Made by a program: the position numbers and the translations under genes. A DNA stretch of 64,000 nt from Bdellovibrionales bacterium. Lineage in GTDB: Bacteria; Bdellovibrionota; Bdellovibrionia; Bdellovibrionales; UBA1609. Location of the stretch: NCBI GenBank assembly GCA_965219095.1, contig OZ244719.1, positions 192,001 to 256,000 on the forward strand. The letters are read 5' to 3'. This document shows, in pieces, positions 1-10,151 of the stretch. A model generated the notes under the pieces. It had not been told where the DNA came from and searched no databases. It worked only from the letters and a program-made list of their open reading frames with translations. Numbering within the stretch: the first letter of the stretch is position 1; each line of letters begins with the position of its first letter.

Positions 1-264
1 CTTGCATATTCTCGTCTCATACCAACATTATAATCAATCTAGAAAATTATGCAATTGTAGCGAAACTTTTATGAATATCTATACTATAGTGGCTCGTAGA
101 TGGAATGAGAAAAAAACTGCTGTGAGTTCAAAATAAGAAATTCATGGAGGAAAGATTGCTCAATTTATAAAAAGCACATTGAATGTATTAAAGAAGAAGG
201 GTCATTCTGGATTTCAGATAGAGAATTATACAATGAAACATATTCCTTGATTTTTTACAGATAG
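1..264 (+). pseudogene. 3' remnant of a possible papain-like (C1) cysteine protease, frameshifted
   Basis: Manual translation gives TIVARRWNEK, a frameshift in an A7 run, then CCEFKIRNSWRKDC...GSFWIS, ending TAG at 264; resembles the RNSWG segment of papain-fold proteases. Confidence 0.3.
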
Positions 265-401
265 GTGTTTTAATAGAATTTAATAAAAGAATATGTACAG
301 GATAAAAATTAAAACAAATTTTTTAAAAGGGATGCTTTGAAAGAAAGGATTTTGGTATTGTCACAAGCTGAAAAAACTATATCTAAAAATATGAATCATA
401 T

Positions 402-1208
402 ATGGACTCTTTTCTTATAAATCAGCCTTGGACTCAAATGTCATTTGTCTGTTTAGATTTAGAAACTACAGGTGCTTTTCCTGTAGGTGATTCCATCTGT
501 GAAATAGGAGCTGTTTTGTGGAAAAAAGGAGCTGTTCAAGACGAATTTCAAACTTTAGTAAAACCTCCTTATCCCTTGACTGAGGAGAATGTAAAAATTC
601 ATAAGATCACAAATAAGATGCTGGTTAAAGCTCCTATAATTTCTGATGTGATAGAAGATTTTCTTAAATTCATAAAAGGGCACATCCTTGTAGCCCACCA
701 TGCACCTTTTGACTTAGGTTTTTTAGCTTATGACTTTGAAAAACTAGGATATTTTCCTGAGACCTCTCAAGTTTTCCTTTGTTCCTCTTTATTAGCACGA
801 AAACTCATCCCCGAAGCTCCTAGGCACAAACTTCAAACCCTTGTAAAATATTTAAAAATTGAAAGCTCAGTAAGTCACAGAGCTTTAGAGGATTCTCACA
901 ATTGTCTAAAAATTCTTCTTGAGTGTTTGAATCGCATAGGAAGAGAGAAAACAATAAAAGATATCCTAGAAGTACAAGATAAAAAAATGTCTTGGGAAGG
1001 TTTTTTCATAAAAAATATTTCTTTACCTCCCTCTTTCATAGAAGCTATTTTAGAAAACAAAAGAGTTTCTTTTGAGTACAATAAAAAATCTCGCTTAATT
1101 TATCCTTATGGTATTGTAAGAAACCCTGACGGAGATTATTTAGCCGGCAAAGAAGATTTCACAGCTAAGCATGTGAAAAGATTTTACTGTAATAAAATTA
1201 AACTTTGA
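402..1208 (+). CDS. DEDDh 3'-5' exonuclease (DnaQ-like) with C-terminal WYL-like domain
   Basis: Motifs DLETTG, HHAPFD, HRALED; C-terminal AILENKRVSFEY..RLIYPYGI..YLAG..KRF is WYL-like. Confidence 0.85.
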   Translation: MDSFLINQPWTQMSFVCLDLETTGAFPVGDSICEIGAVLWKKGAVQDEFQTLVKPPYPLTEENVKIHKITNKMLVKAPIISDVIEDFLKFIKGHILVAHHAPFDLGFLAYDFEKLGYFPETSQVFLCSSLLARKLIPEAPRHKLQTLVKYLKIESSVSHRALEDSHNCLKILLECLNRIGREKTIKDILEVQDKKMSWEGFFIKNISLPPSFIEAILENKRVSFEYNKKSRLIYPYGIVRNPDGDYLAGKEDFTAKHVKRFYCNKIKL

Positions 1209-1293
1209 TCCTGTAAATTTTAAATCATTTATGACCATCTTTTCTTCAATTCAAATCATAAGTTTAAGAAGAGTTGTCTGAATCTTTTATAAG

Positions 1294-1448
1294 GTGAAAA
1301 CATGCAAAGATCTACAAAAAATTAGTGTTAGAAAAATTCATTTATGTGTTGATGAAAAAAATGGCCAGATTGTAGCATCTACTCTAACGGACAATTCTCT
1401 GGTTGATTCGGAAATTTTTGGAGATTTATTGGGAGATCTTAAAAATCA
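1294..1448 (+). pseudogene. IS5-family (IS903-like) transposase fragment
   Basis: RKIHLCVDEKNGQIVASTLT..DSE resembles the IS903-group RKLHLxVD motif; no intact ends. Confidence 0.55.
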
Positions 1449-1714
1449 TATACCGATTGCACTTCAAAATCCGCACATTAATTTTTTAGGAAGAATCGTA
1501 CACATGGAAGTTGTAGGTCAAAAGGTCGCTTAATTCTTTGTTATATTTTCTTGAGGATCGAAAAAAGAAGTGCAAGCAGTTTGAAATTCATCAAATGTTT
1601 CATAGTATCTGTTGTAAAGTGTAATAGACGTTATATGATCTGACAGTTACACTTTCTGGGTTAATAAAAAACTGTCTGTCAGTTTGTGTTCCGTTCAATC
1701 ATCTTTTGCCTTAC
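1449..1714 (-). mobile_element. IS630 3' remnant (1449-1619) abutting an IS481 right-end remnant (1620-1714)
   Basis: Minus strand reads YNRYYETFDEF..ELSDLLTYNFH; 1620-1714 is a near reverse complement of the IS481 end at about 37677-37771. Confidence 0.65.
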
Positions 1715-1998
1715 AAATGAACATAAGGAAATTAAAGTACATATTTATAATTAAATCAATGAAAAAAACTACTTATATTAAAATTTGGTTACTATACTTT
1801 ATAGCGAAAATACTTGATTTTTGCCCCCTACTACCTCTCAGCTTCTTTTAAGCACTTTTGACGCATGTGCTACTGTCAAACCGGGAAGAAAAATTAGTGA
1901 AAAAGGAGTTAAAACAACTTAAATCATTAAGCCTTTATAAAGGAAGACTTTACAGAATTAAAAGACCTGACACTCTATCTTCTATTTCTAAAAAATTC

Positions 1999-3530
1999 GT
2001 AACTGCTCACCTACATTGTTCAGTTATCCCTAACTTTAGACCTGTTTTAAGATAAAAGTCTTGCTCTTACAGATTTTCTTTTAAATACTTTTTTCAAATG
2101 ACAATAAATAAGACCTCCATCAGAAATGAGATTGAAAATATAAGAAGTGACTTTGATAAGCTTGCAAAGAAAGGTTCTGTGCCTACTGAGATTTCTGTGG
2201 TTTTTGAATCTCTCTTTAAGGTTGTGAACATTCTGATTGTTGTGTTTTTAGAAAAACAGGTTCGAAAAAATTCCAGCAACAGCGGTCTTCCTCCTTCGCA
2301 AGATTTTAGTCGTCAAGGGAATCGTAATAAGAAAGCTAGTGGGAGTCAGAAAAAGGGCTCTAGACTTGATAACAGTAAAGATACAAACAGTGAGGAGACT
2401 GTCTCTCCCTCAGAGTGTTCTCAGTGTGGGATGTTTTTAAAGACAGCAGAGGTAAAAAGCCTTGAGAAGCGTAAAAAGATTGATATTTTTTATGAAATTC
2501 AGACCCATACTGTAACTTCTGAAGTTAAGGATTGTCCCTCATGTGGAGCTAGAAATAAAGGTCAATTCCCTAAAGGTATGAGTGGTCCTCTTCAGTATGG
2601 TATAGGCATTAGAGCTTCCATCATCAATTTCATTATAGTTCAGATGCTGTCTTTTCAACGTGTTGGGGAACATTACATGGGGCTTATAGGTCGAATGATT
2701 TCTCCTGCAGTTATGTTGAGATACATTGCTGAATTAGGAGAGTTTCTTAAAAGTTGGGAAGAGCAGATGAAAGAAAAGATACTTGAATCAGAGGTCATTC
2801 ATGTTGATGAGACCTCTATGAGGGTTAAGGGTAAAAACTACTGGATTCATACTTATAGTTCAGGAGAATTAGTCTTGCAGTTTCTACACCTTTCAGGTGG
2901 AAGGGAAGCCATAAAAGATATTGGTCTCTTGGATAGATATACAGGAGTGCTTGTGCATGATTGTTGGAGTCCTTACTTTTGTTATGATAAGATAACTCAT
3001 GCTTTGTGTGTGGCTCACCTTTTGAGAGAGCTTAAATTTATAGAAGAAAGCAATGGATTCAAATGGGCTACAAATCTCAAAAAACTTCTTAAAGAGACTG
3101 TGGAGTTAGTTCATAAAAAAGAGTCAAGAGTTCTGACTCAAAAAGAGTACGAAACTCTTCAGAGAAGGTATAGGAGTATTCTTACAAAAGGCTTAAAAGA
3201 GCTTCCAGAATTTCCTAAGAAAAATGGCAAGAAAGGACGAATAAAGCATACACAAGCTCAAAACCTTTGGCTGCGATTTAAAAAGTATGAAGCAGAAATA
3301 CTGTGCTTTGCTAAAAGAAAGAACGTAGATCCTACTAATAACAGAGCTGAAAGAGATCTAAGAATGACTAAAGTGAAAAAGAAAGTGTCAGGGTGTTTCA
3401 GAACAGAAGAAATGGCGAAATATTTTTGTCGTATTACCAGCTATGTTAAAACAATGAGAAATAGAGGGTATTCTTCTTTAGAAGCCATCTCTATGGCTTT
3501 AAATAAAAACTTACGAGAGTGAGCAGTTAC
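1999..3530 (+). mobile_element. IS66 family, single-gene (ISBst12-like) element, intact; transposase 2098..3522
   Basis: IRs GTAACTGCTCAC / GTGAGCAGTTAC, 8-bp TSD AAAAATTC; NSSxPPSxD, VDET, TNNRAERDLR motifs. Confidence 0.95.
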
Positions 3531-3655
3531 AAAAATTCAAAGTATTCTATAGAAAAAATAAAGAAAGCTAACCCTGAGTTCAAAGAGCGTTTCTTGAAAA
3601 CTTAAACGGAAGCACTATATGACCCTTATTCCTAAAAAGTAAATTGCTTGCAGTT

Positions 3656-4186
3656 TTAATTTAACTTAGGGATAATGCCTATGAAAGGAAGGTTTCGATA
3701 AGAGTTTTTATAGTCCATCCCATAACCTACAACAAATTCGTTTCCTATTTCAAAACCTTTATAATCGATTTGACACTTGCTCTTCGTCGCCTCAGGCTTA
3801 TGAAGAAGGGTGACTGTTGTTACATCTTTAGCTCCTCGTGAGAGGAAAACTGACTGAAGAAAATGCATAGTAAGCCCTGAGTCTATGATATCCTCTACTA
3901 ACACAACACGTTTGTCTTTGAGGTTAGTCTCAATATCTGAAAGTATTTTTACTTGGCCTGTTGAACTGAATCTTTTATAACTTGATACAGCTATAAAGTC
4001 GCATATAATATCCAGCTGAAGTGCTCTTATCAGATCACAGAAGAAAACACTAGCTCCACTTAAGATACAAATAAAGACAGGAACTTCGTTTTTAAACCTT
4101 AGGCTTATTTCCGAGGCAAGCTCTAAAACACACTCTTGTATTTGCTCTTCTGTAATCAATACTTTAGGTTCTACAAGATTTGTCAT
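3656..4186 (-). CDS. hpt: hypoxanthine phosphoribosyltransferase
   Basis: VLVEDIIDSGLT PRPP motif; FVVGYGMDY..YRNLP. Confidence 0.95.
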   Translation of the reverse strand: MTNLVEPKVLITEEQIQECVLELASEISLRFKNEVPVFICILSGASVFFCDLIRALQLDIICDFIAVSSYKRFSSTGQVKILSDIETNLKDKRVVLVEDIIDSGLTMHFLQSVFLSRGAKDVTTVTLLHKPEATKSKCQIDYKGFEIGNEFVVGYGMDYKNSYRNLPFIGIIPKLN

Positions 4187-4288
4187 ACATTAAGAACTTT
4201 AAGGGAAATGGCCACAAAAAGCAAGGCTTGATTCAAGAGATAGGATCCTAAATAGTGATGATCTGTATAAAGCGTGTGTTTGATTATG

Positions 4289-5539
4289 TGATCTTCCCCC
4301 AAAAAAGTGGACAGTTTTTATGTTCTTAAAGCCCTCCTTTGTTTAAATTCTTTTGGGCTCATGTATTTCAAGGAAGAATGCATTCTTACCTTGTTATACC
4401 AATCCATGTAAATTGCAATTTTTTTTTCCAACTCTTCCTTTGTTGTACAGTCTTTGTATTCCAGTTCATCTTTCAACGTATGGAAAAAGCTCTCCACAAA
4501 CGCATTATCATAACAATTTCCTTTCCTAGACATAGATTGCTTGAGGCCAAAGAATTTCAATTCTTTTCTAAACCCTTCACAACAATATTGAACCCCTTGA
4601 TCCGAGTGGATTATCAAGCCCTCTAAGTTCCCAGAAACAGATTGGACTGCGGCTCTCAGAGCCTGTTTTGAATGAACCCCGTCCAAGCTCTCACAGAGCT
4701 TCCAAGACTTAATCTCTCGATTATAGACATCTAAAAATACAACCAAATACAGAAATTTATCTCTAAAAGGAATATAGGTTAAATCCGAACACCATACCTG
4801 GTTTTCTTTTCCTGCTTGGCTCTGTCCTGTCTTAAACAACCGAGGAGACTTAATCATGAGAGGGTTATTCTTTGTTGTTCTAGGAACATAGGGTTTTTTC
4901 TGACGGGCACTGAGATTCTTTAGTTTCATAATTCGAGCTACTTTGTTTTCTCCAGCACTCACTCCGCAACGCTTTAATTCCCTATACACCCTGGGGGAAC
5001 CATAACAGCCTTTATTTTTTTTAAAAATAGATTCTATGTTTTTCTCCAGATTTTTATCCTTTTCAAGCTTTCCCCTGGTTTTTAAAAAACTATAAAAACC
5101 AGAACGAGATCCTCTTAATAATTCGCAAATGCGAAGCACTGGATGCCCTTTCTCTTTTACATAAAACATAGCCTTAAATCTCATTTCAGGATTTCCTTTG
5201 AAAAAAAAGCCGCTGCCTCTTTCAATATACCTACACTCCGCCTCTCATAGACCAGCTCCTTTTTTAACCTCTTTATTTCCTCCAATGCCGAAGCCAAGTC
5301 ATGGGAAGCTTGTCTTTCTACTTCAGGCTTTAGAAAACGCTTCCAAGAGCTTATCACTTGGAAATTTCTCAGTCCTAGCTTCTCTGAGGCTTCCTTTGCA
5401 CCTATTTCCTCTGCCAATTCAATGGCTTGCTTTTTAAACTCTTCCGAGTACTGTTTTACTTTTTCCATTCTTTCTTTTACCTCCATTTTATGGAGACTTT
5501 AAGAGAAAATTGACTGTCCGCAGAAACAGGGGAAGTTCA
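4289..5539 (-). mobile_element. IS3 family element, copy 1 (orfA 5181..5486, orfB 4318..5184)
   Basis: TG..CA ends, 3-bp TSD ATG, WCSDLTY/HSDQG/DNAFVESF integrase core, T8 run and ATGA overlap at the orfA/orfB junction. Confidence 0.95.
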
Positions 5540-5548
5540 ATGTTTTCT

Positions 5549-6397
5549 TCAAACTTTTAAACTTAAAAGCACAACCGCCCATTTAGGCTGATTTTCGTCC
5601 TCACTGATGTTTACAAAAGGCATAAGAAGTGAGTTTCCTGGATTGATGGTAGTGCTTTCAAAGACCTCTCCTTCAGGCTCGTAAGAAAAAGAAAGGGTGA
5701 TGTTTTTAGAAGTTATGGTTTTAACCTTAATGAATAAAGTGCCATTACTTAAATTGATTGTTTGTGAGAGTTTAAGTTCTTGTGTTTTCTCATAAAAACT
5801 TGAAACCCCTTCCTGAGGGGTGTTAAATAGACTTCGTGATGAAAATACAAAGAGTCGCCCTTCTAAAGATGTTTTTTCTTCTTCTACAGATAGATTTAAA
5901 TGATGAGCTAAAACATCAACTAAAGCTTCATGGGATACTTCCAAAAGTTTGATATGAGCAAAAAACTTAGAAGACGAAGTCACAGGAGGAGATATATGTG
6001 AAGAGGCTTTTTCTTTTATGTTTTTTTTCTCTGTCACTTTGCTATTTAAAAGCTCTTGTTTTTCTGTTGAAGGGGGGGCTTCATAAACATCTTTTTGTTG
6101 AGGACTTTCTTTTATTTTTTTCATTTTGATGTTTCTTACAGGAGTACTGACAGTCTTCCAGTTGGTTTTAACTTGTTTTCTAAACTTAGATTGAGAAGAT
6201 TGATGGTTAGGAGAGAGGAGAATATAGGATAAAGCTATGAAGCCTCCTAAGAGCAAACTCACTAAAATAAAGTGATGGGATTTAAGCTTTTCAAGAGGCT
6301 TTTTTTGAAGGTTTTGAACATGAACTCCACAACCTGCACAATACATATCCTTAGGTTGTTCTAGTTTGCATTTAGGGCATATCATAAGCTTATCCAT
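5549..6397 (-). CDS. zinc-ribbon, single-TM hypothetical protein
   Basis: N-terminal CPKC..CAGCG followed by a hydrophobic segment; GGAGG SD upstream. Confidence 0.7.
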   Translation of the reverse strand: MDKLMICPKCKLEQPKDMYCAGCGVHVQNLQKKPLEKLKSHHFILVSLLLGGFIALSYILLSPNHQSSQSKFRKQVKTNWKTVSTPVRNIKMKKIKESPQQKDVYEAPPSTEKQELLNSKVTEKKNIKEKASSHISPPVTSSSKFFAHIKLLEVSHEALVDVLAHHLNLSVEEEKTSLEGRLFVFSSRSLFNTPQEGVSSFYEKTQELKLSQTINLSNGTLFIKVKTITSKNITLSFSYEPEGEVFESTTINPGNSLLMPFVNISEDENQPKWAVVLLSLKV

Positions 6398-6500
6398 TCA
6401 AAGCCTCCCTTAATACAGTGTGCCACACTTTTTAGTAGTTCACTAATCCTTAAAAGAGGATTTTTGTTTTTTTCTTTTATTTTGGTTCATTTTGTATAAA

Positions 6501-6575
6501 AAGGTGATAAAAAGTAGGAAAAAGTAGGAAAAAGTAAGAAAAGATCTTGATTAATAGTGAAAAGTATTTTATCGT
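6501..6575 (+). promoter_or_regulatory. dcw promoter region: 10-bp periodic repeats (putative MraZ operator) and candidate sigma70 promoter
   Basis: AAGGTGATAA-AAAGTAGGAA-AAAGTAGGAA-AAAGTAAGAA (6501-6540); TTGATT-N17-TATCGT (6547-6575). Confidence 0.55.
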
Positions 6576-6619
6576 GTAGAAAAGCTCAAGGATGAGCTTT
6601 TATTTAAGGAGTAGTCACA

Positions 6620-7051
6620 ATAGGAAACTATTTTAGGGGGCGTTTTTTTCTCAAACTAGACCCTAAGGGGCGTCTTCTACTACCTAAAAGCTTTCGCTTA
6701 AACACTCCTTTAGTCTTGACAACTAACCGCTACAAAGATCTGATCTGTTTGGATGGAATGAGTCAGAAAGACTGGCAGATTTTTGAGGGAAACTTCCTCA
6801 AACAAAAACATGTAGATCTTAGAAAACAATTTTATTTTTCAGGAGCTTTTGTAACAGAACTTGATCGTCATCACCGTCTTTTGATAAGTAGCCATTTAAG
6901 AGAATCAGCAAATCTTAAAGAAAAACTTGTCCTTGTAGGATTGAGCGGAAAATTTGAAATTTGGGGTGATGGGGAATGGAAAAAATTTTCTCAAAGCCTA
7001 TTTAAAGATTTTAAAGACAGTTTAAGCAATTTAGCTCTAAAGGATTCATAA
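6620..7051 (+). CDS. mraZ: transcriptional regulator MraZ (extends upstream of the ORF-track start; probable ATA start)
   Basis: In-frame FRG..LDPKGRLLLP upstream of 6716; second LDxxxR motif and VG..KFEIW; first gene of dcw cluster. Confidence 0.85.
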   Translation: MGNYFRGRFFLKLDPKGRLLLPKSFRLNTPLVLTTNRYKDLICLDGMSQKDWQIFEGNFLKQKHVDLRKQFYFSGAFVTELDRHHRLLISSHLRESANLKEKLVLVGLSGKFEIWGDGEWKKFSQSLFKDFKDSLSNLALKDS

Positions 7052-7944
7052 TGGAGAATCTATTGCATAAGCCTGTTATGGTAAAAGAAGTTTTAAACAA
7101 TTGTTTAAGTCAAGAGAGAATGCTCACCTGTCTTGATGGGACTTTTGGAAGAGGAGGACATACGAAAATCTTATTAGAGTACTTTCCTAAAGTTGTGATT
7201 AGAGCTTGGGACTGCGATAGTGAGGCCATTGAATTTGGAAAAAAATACTTTGAAAGTTATACTAAAGAAAAGAGGCTGAATTTAGAACACACTCATTGGA
7301 GTGTTTCTTGTGAAACATTGAGAGCACAAGAGTTTGATTTTGTTCTGTTGGATCTAGGAGTGAGTTCTCCTCAGCTCGATGAAGCCAAAAGAGGTTTTAG
7401 CTTTTATAAAGATGGACCTTTGGATATGCGTATGGATAAAAGACAACAAATCAAAGCAAAAGATATTGTTAATTCTTACTCTCTTGACAGACTTATAGAA
7501 ATTTTTCAAAAAAAAGGAGAGATCAAAGGCCCTAAGAAAATAGCTTATTTCTTGTTGGAAGAAAGAAAAAAGAAACCCTTTGAAACAACAAAGGAGCTAT
7601 CTTGTTTTATTGAAAGCATAGAGGGTTGGAGAAAAAAGGGTTTTCATCCTGCCACCCAATTTTTCCAAGCTATCCGCTTAGAGGTCAATCAAGAATTAGA
7701 AGAACTTCAAAAAAATCTGCCCCTTTTCTTTCACTCTCTTAAAATAGGAGGTAGATTTGTTGTGATTTCGTTTCATTCCCTTGAGGACCGAATAGTAAAA
7801 CATTTTTTTAGAGATAAAGAAAGGGAAAAGAAAGGATTCCGTGTTCACAAAAAAATTATAAGGCCTACAGAGGAGGAGAGAACACAAAACCCTCGTAGCC
7901 GTAGTGCTAAAATGAGAGTTTTTGAAAAGGGAGAAAAGTTATGA
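7051..7944 (+). CDS. rsmH: 16S rRNA m4C1402 methyltransferase
   Basis: HKPVM, DGTFGRGGH, DLGVSSPQLD, ISFHSLEDRIVK, NPRSRSAKMR. Confidence 0.97.
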   Translation: MENLLHKPVMVKEVLNNCLSQERMLTCLDGTFGRGGHTKILLEYFPKVVIRAWDCDSEAIEFGKKYFESYTKEKRLNLEHTHWSVSCETLRAQEFDFVLLDLGVSSPQLDEAKRGFSFYKDGPLDMRMDKRQQIKAKDIVNSYSLDRLIEIFQKKGEIKGPKKIAYFLLEERKKKPFETTKELSCFIESIEGWRKKGFHPATQFFQAIRLEVNQELEELQKNLPLFFHSLKIGGRFVVISFHSLEDRIVKHFFRDKEREKKGFRVHKKIIRPTEEERTQNPRSRSAKMRVFEKGEKL

Positions 7945-8222
7945 CATTTTTCAAATATTCTCTCAGTATTTTTATCGCAATTTTTTATTTGTTCTGTCTT
8001 GTCTATGCAAAAATGGAAATGAGACGTTTGGGTTACGTTGCCTTTAAGAGCTCTATCCAATATAGACAAGCTCGTGATGAATATAACTCAAATTTATTGA
8101 AGTACATACATCTTACAAATTTAAGTCGTATAACTAAAAAGGCTGAAAAAAACCAACTTAAAAGGGGGAAAGAAGGGCAGGTAATTCATGTTATGGAATC
8201 ACAGCTAGTCCTTCCTCAATAA
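7941..8222 (+). CDS. ftsL: FtsL-like cell division protein
   Basis: Small N-terminal TM plus helical protein between rsmH and ftsI; positional call. Confidence 0.6.
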   Translation: MTFFKYSLSIFIAIFYLFCLVYAKMEMRRLGYVAFKSSIQYRQARDEYNSNLLKYIHLTNLSRITKKAEKNQLKRGKEGQVIHVMESQLVLPQ

Positions 8223-8225
8223 TCC

Positions 8226-10151
8226 ATGTCACAAAGACTTTTTCTTGTTTTTTTTATCTTCTGTTTGTTTTCTTTAAGTCTTATTGTAAGAACTATTTAC
8301 CTGCAATTTGGTTATGACAAAAGAATTGTCAACCTTAAAAACAAGCAGTTTAAAACAAAGATTCACATCAACTCACAAAGGGGTAAAATATGGGATCGTC
8401 ATGGAAAGGAACTAGCTGTTAGTATAAGTTCATACTCTCTATATGCTCATCCATCAAAAATTAAAAAAAAATACGAAACATCTCGCAAACTATCCAAGAT
8501 TTTAAAAATAAGCTTCAAAAAAATTAGAAAAAAGTTGAACAAAAAAAACTTTGTTTGGATTCAAAGAAAGCTCTCTAAAGAAATAAGAGATAAAATTCAA
8601 TTTTTAAATATAGAGGGGTTAAATTTTATAGAAGAGCCTAAAAGAATCTACCCTCATGAAAGGCTTTTAAGTCAAACATTGGGCTTTGTAGGAATAGATA
8701 ACAAAGGACTTGAAGGTATAGAGTTTAAATACAACAAAGAGCTAGAAGCTAAGAAAAAAACCATCAGCCTTTTGAGAGATGCAAGAGGACGCCCTCTTGT
8801 GTCTCAAGGTTATTTTTTAACTCAGCACCCTCAGGGAAATTCTTTAAAACTGACTATTGATCAAGAGCTTCAGTTTTTTTTAGAAAAAGAACTTACAAAC
8901 AGCATCATAAAAAATCAAGCCAAGTCAGCTCTTGGAGTGATCTTAGAGGCTCACACATCTGAAATCCTAGCTTTAGCCAACATACCAGGATACGATGCAA
9001 ACAAACCTCTAAAAAGTCCTAAAAACTCAAGAAAAAATCACATAGTTAACTCTACATTTGAACCAGGAAGCACTATGAAAAGTTTCATTATAGCAGGAGC
9101 TCTTGAAGAAAAACTGATCAAGCCTAATACGAAAATTGACTGCGAAGACGGTTCTTTTCAAATTGATGATCGTGTGATTACTGAAGCTGGGGGAAAAAAA
9201 TATAGCACTTTAACTGTTAGCGATGTGCTAAAGCACTCTTCTAATATTTGTGTCGCAAAAATCTCCTTTCTCTTAGGTGATAAAAAGGTTTTCAAAATTT
9301 TAAAAAAATTTGGATTTGGTCAAAAAACAAACGTAGATCTTCCTGGCGAGCAAAAAGGAATTTTAAAAAAACCTCCTTTAAGAAAGCATCATTTAAGCAA
9401 TATTTCTTTTGGACAAGGCATTAGTGTAACAGCTTTACAAGTAGCAAATGCTTACACAGCTATAGCAAATGGAGGATTTTTAAATCGCCCCTTTATTGTC
9501 AAAGAATTGATCAATGGATCTGATGGAGTCAAACGTAAAATTTCTAACAAAGTTACAAAAAAAAGAGTTTTAAGTCAAGAAGTGAGTGAGATGATGCAGT
9601 TGATACTCACTTACGCAGCCCCTAAAGCTTCTCATATTAATGGATTTCCTGTAGCAGGAAAAACAGGAACGGCTCAAAAAGTTGATTTTGTTAAAAGTGG
9701 GTATAAAAAAAATGCTTTTCTTTCAAGTTTTGCAGGTATTTTACCAGCCCATGATCCTAAGTTTGTTATTTATATTGCCATCGACGAACCTCAAAAAAAA
9801 CACTACGGCTCCCAAGTGGCGGCACCCGTGTTTGCTCAATTGGCTCGTTATATTGCAAGAAAGGCTCAGTTGACTCCTATTTTTATAGATAACCCTCAAA
9901 TTTTAAAAAAACAAAATGTTTCACTAGATTACAAACAAGAAAAAGCTCTCAAGAAGCTAAAGGTTTTATCAAGCCTCTACTTCCAAAAAATGCCCGATCT
10001 TATAGGGTTTTCTCTTAAAGAATCCTATCATATTTTAAAAAAAAGAAAAATTAAAGTAAAAATCAAAGGCTCAGGCTTTGTTAAAAGGACCTATCCTCAC
10101 CGAGGAGCTATACTTAAAAAAAATCAGCTGGTGGAGTTAATTTTAGAATAA
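8226..10151 (+). CDS. ftsI: division transpeptidase PBP3 with C-terminal PASTA-like domain
   Basis: RGKIWDRHG, EPGSTMK (SxxK), SSN, KTGTAQK. Confidence 0.93.
   Translation: MSQRLFLVFFIFCLFSLSLIVRTIYLQFGYDKRIVNLKNKQFKTKIHINSQRGKIWDRHGKELAVSISSYSLYAHPSKIKKKYETSRKLSKILKISFKKIRKKLNKKNFVWIQRKLSKEIRDKIQFLNIEGLNFIEEPKRIYPHERLLSQTLGFVGIDNKGLEGIEFKYNKELEAKKKTISLLRDARGRPLVSQGYFLTQHPQGNSLKLTIDQELQFFLEKELTNSIIKNQAKSALGVILEAHTSEILALANIPGYDANKPLKSPKNSRKNHIVNSTFEPGSTMKSFIIAGALEEKLIKPNTKIDCEDGSFQIDDRVITEAGGKKYSTLTVSDVLKHSSNICVAKISFLLGDKKVFKILKKFGFGQKTNVDLPGEQKGILKKPPLRKHHLSNISFGQGISVTALQVANAYTAIANGGFLNRPFIVKELINGSDGVKRKISNKVTKKRVLSQEVSEMMQLILTYAAPKASHINGFPVAGKTGTAQKVDFVKSGYKKNAFLSSFAGILPAHDPKFVIYIAIDEPQKKHYGSQVAAPVFAQLARYIARKAQLTPIFIDNPQILKKQNVSLDYKQEKALKKLKVLSSLYFQKMPDLIGFSLKESYHILKKRKIKVKIKGSGFVKRTYPHRGAILKKNQLVELILE

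Noticed and set aside
4339..5437. Plus-strand ORFs repeated in all three IS3 copies (95 aa, 79 aa) and the 61-aa antisense ORFs in IS66 copies
   Set aside because: Antisense shadows of transposase genes; they recur only because the IS copies are near-identical
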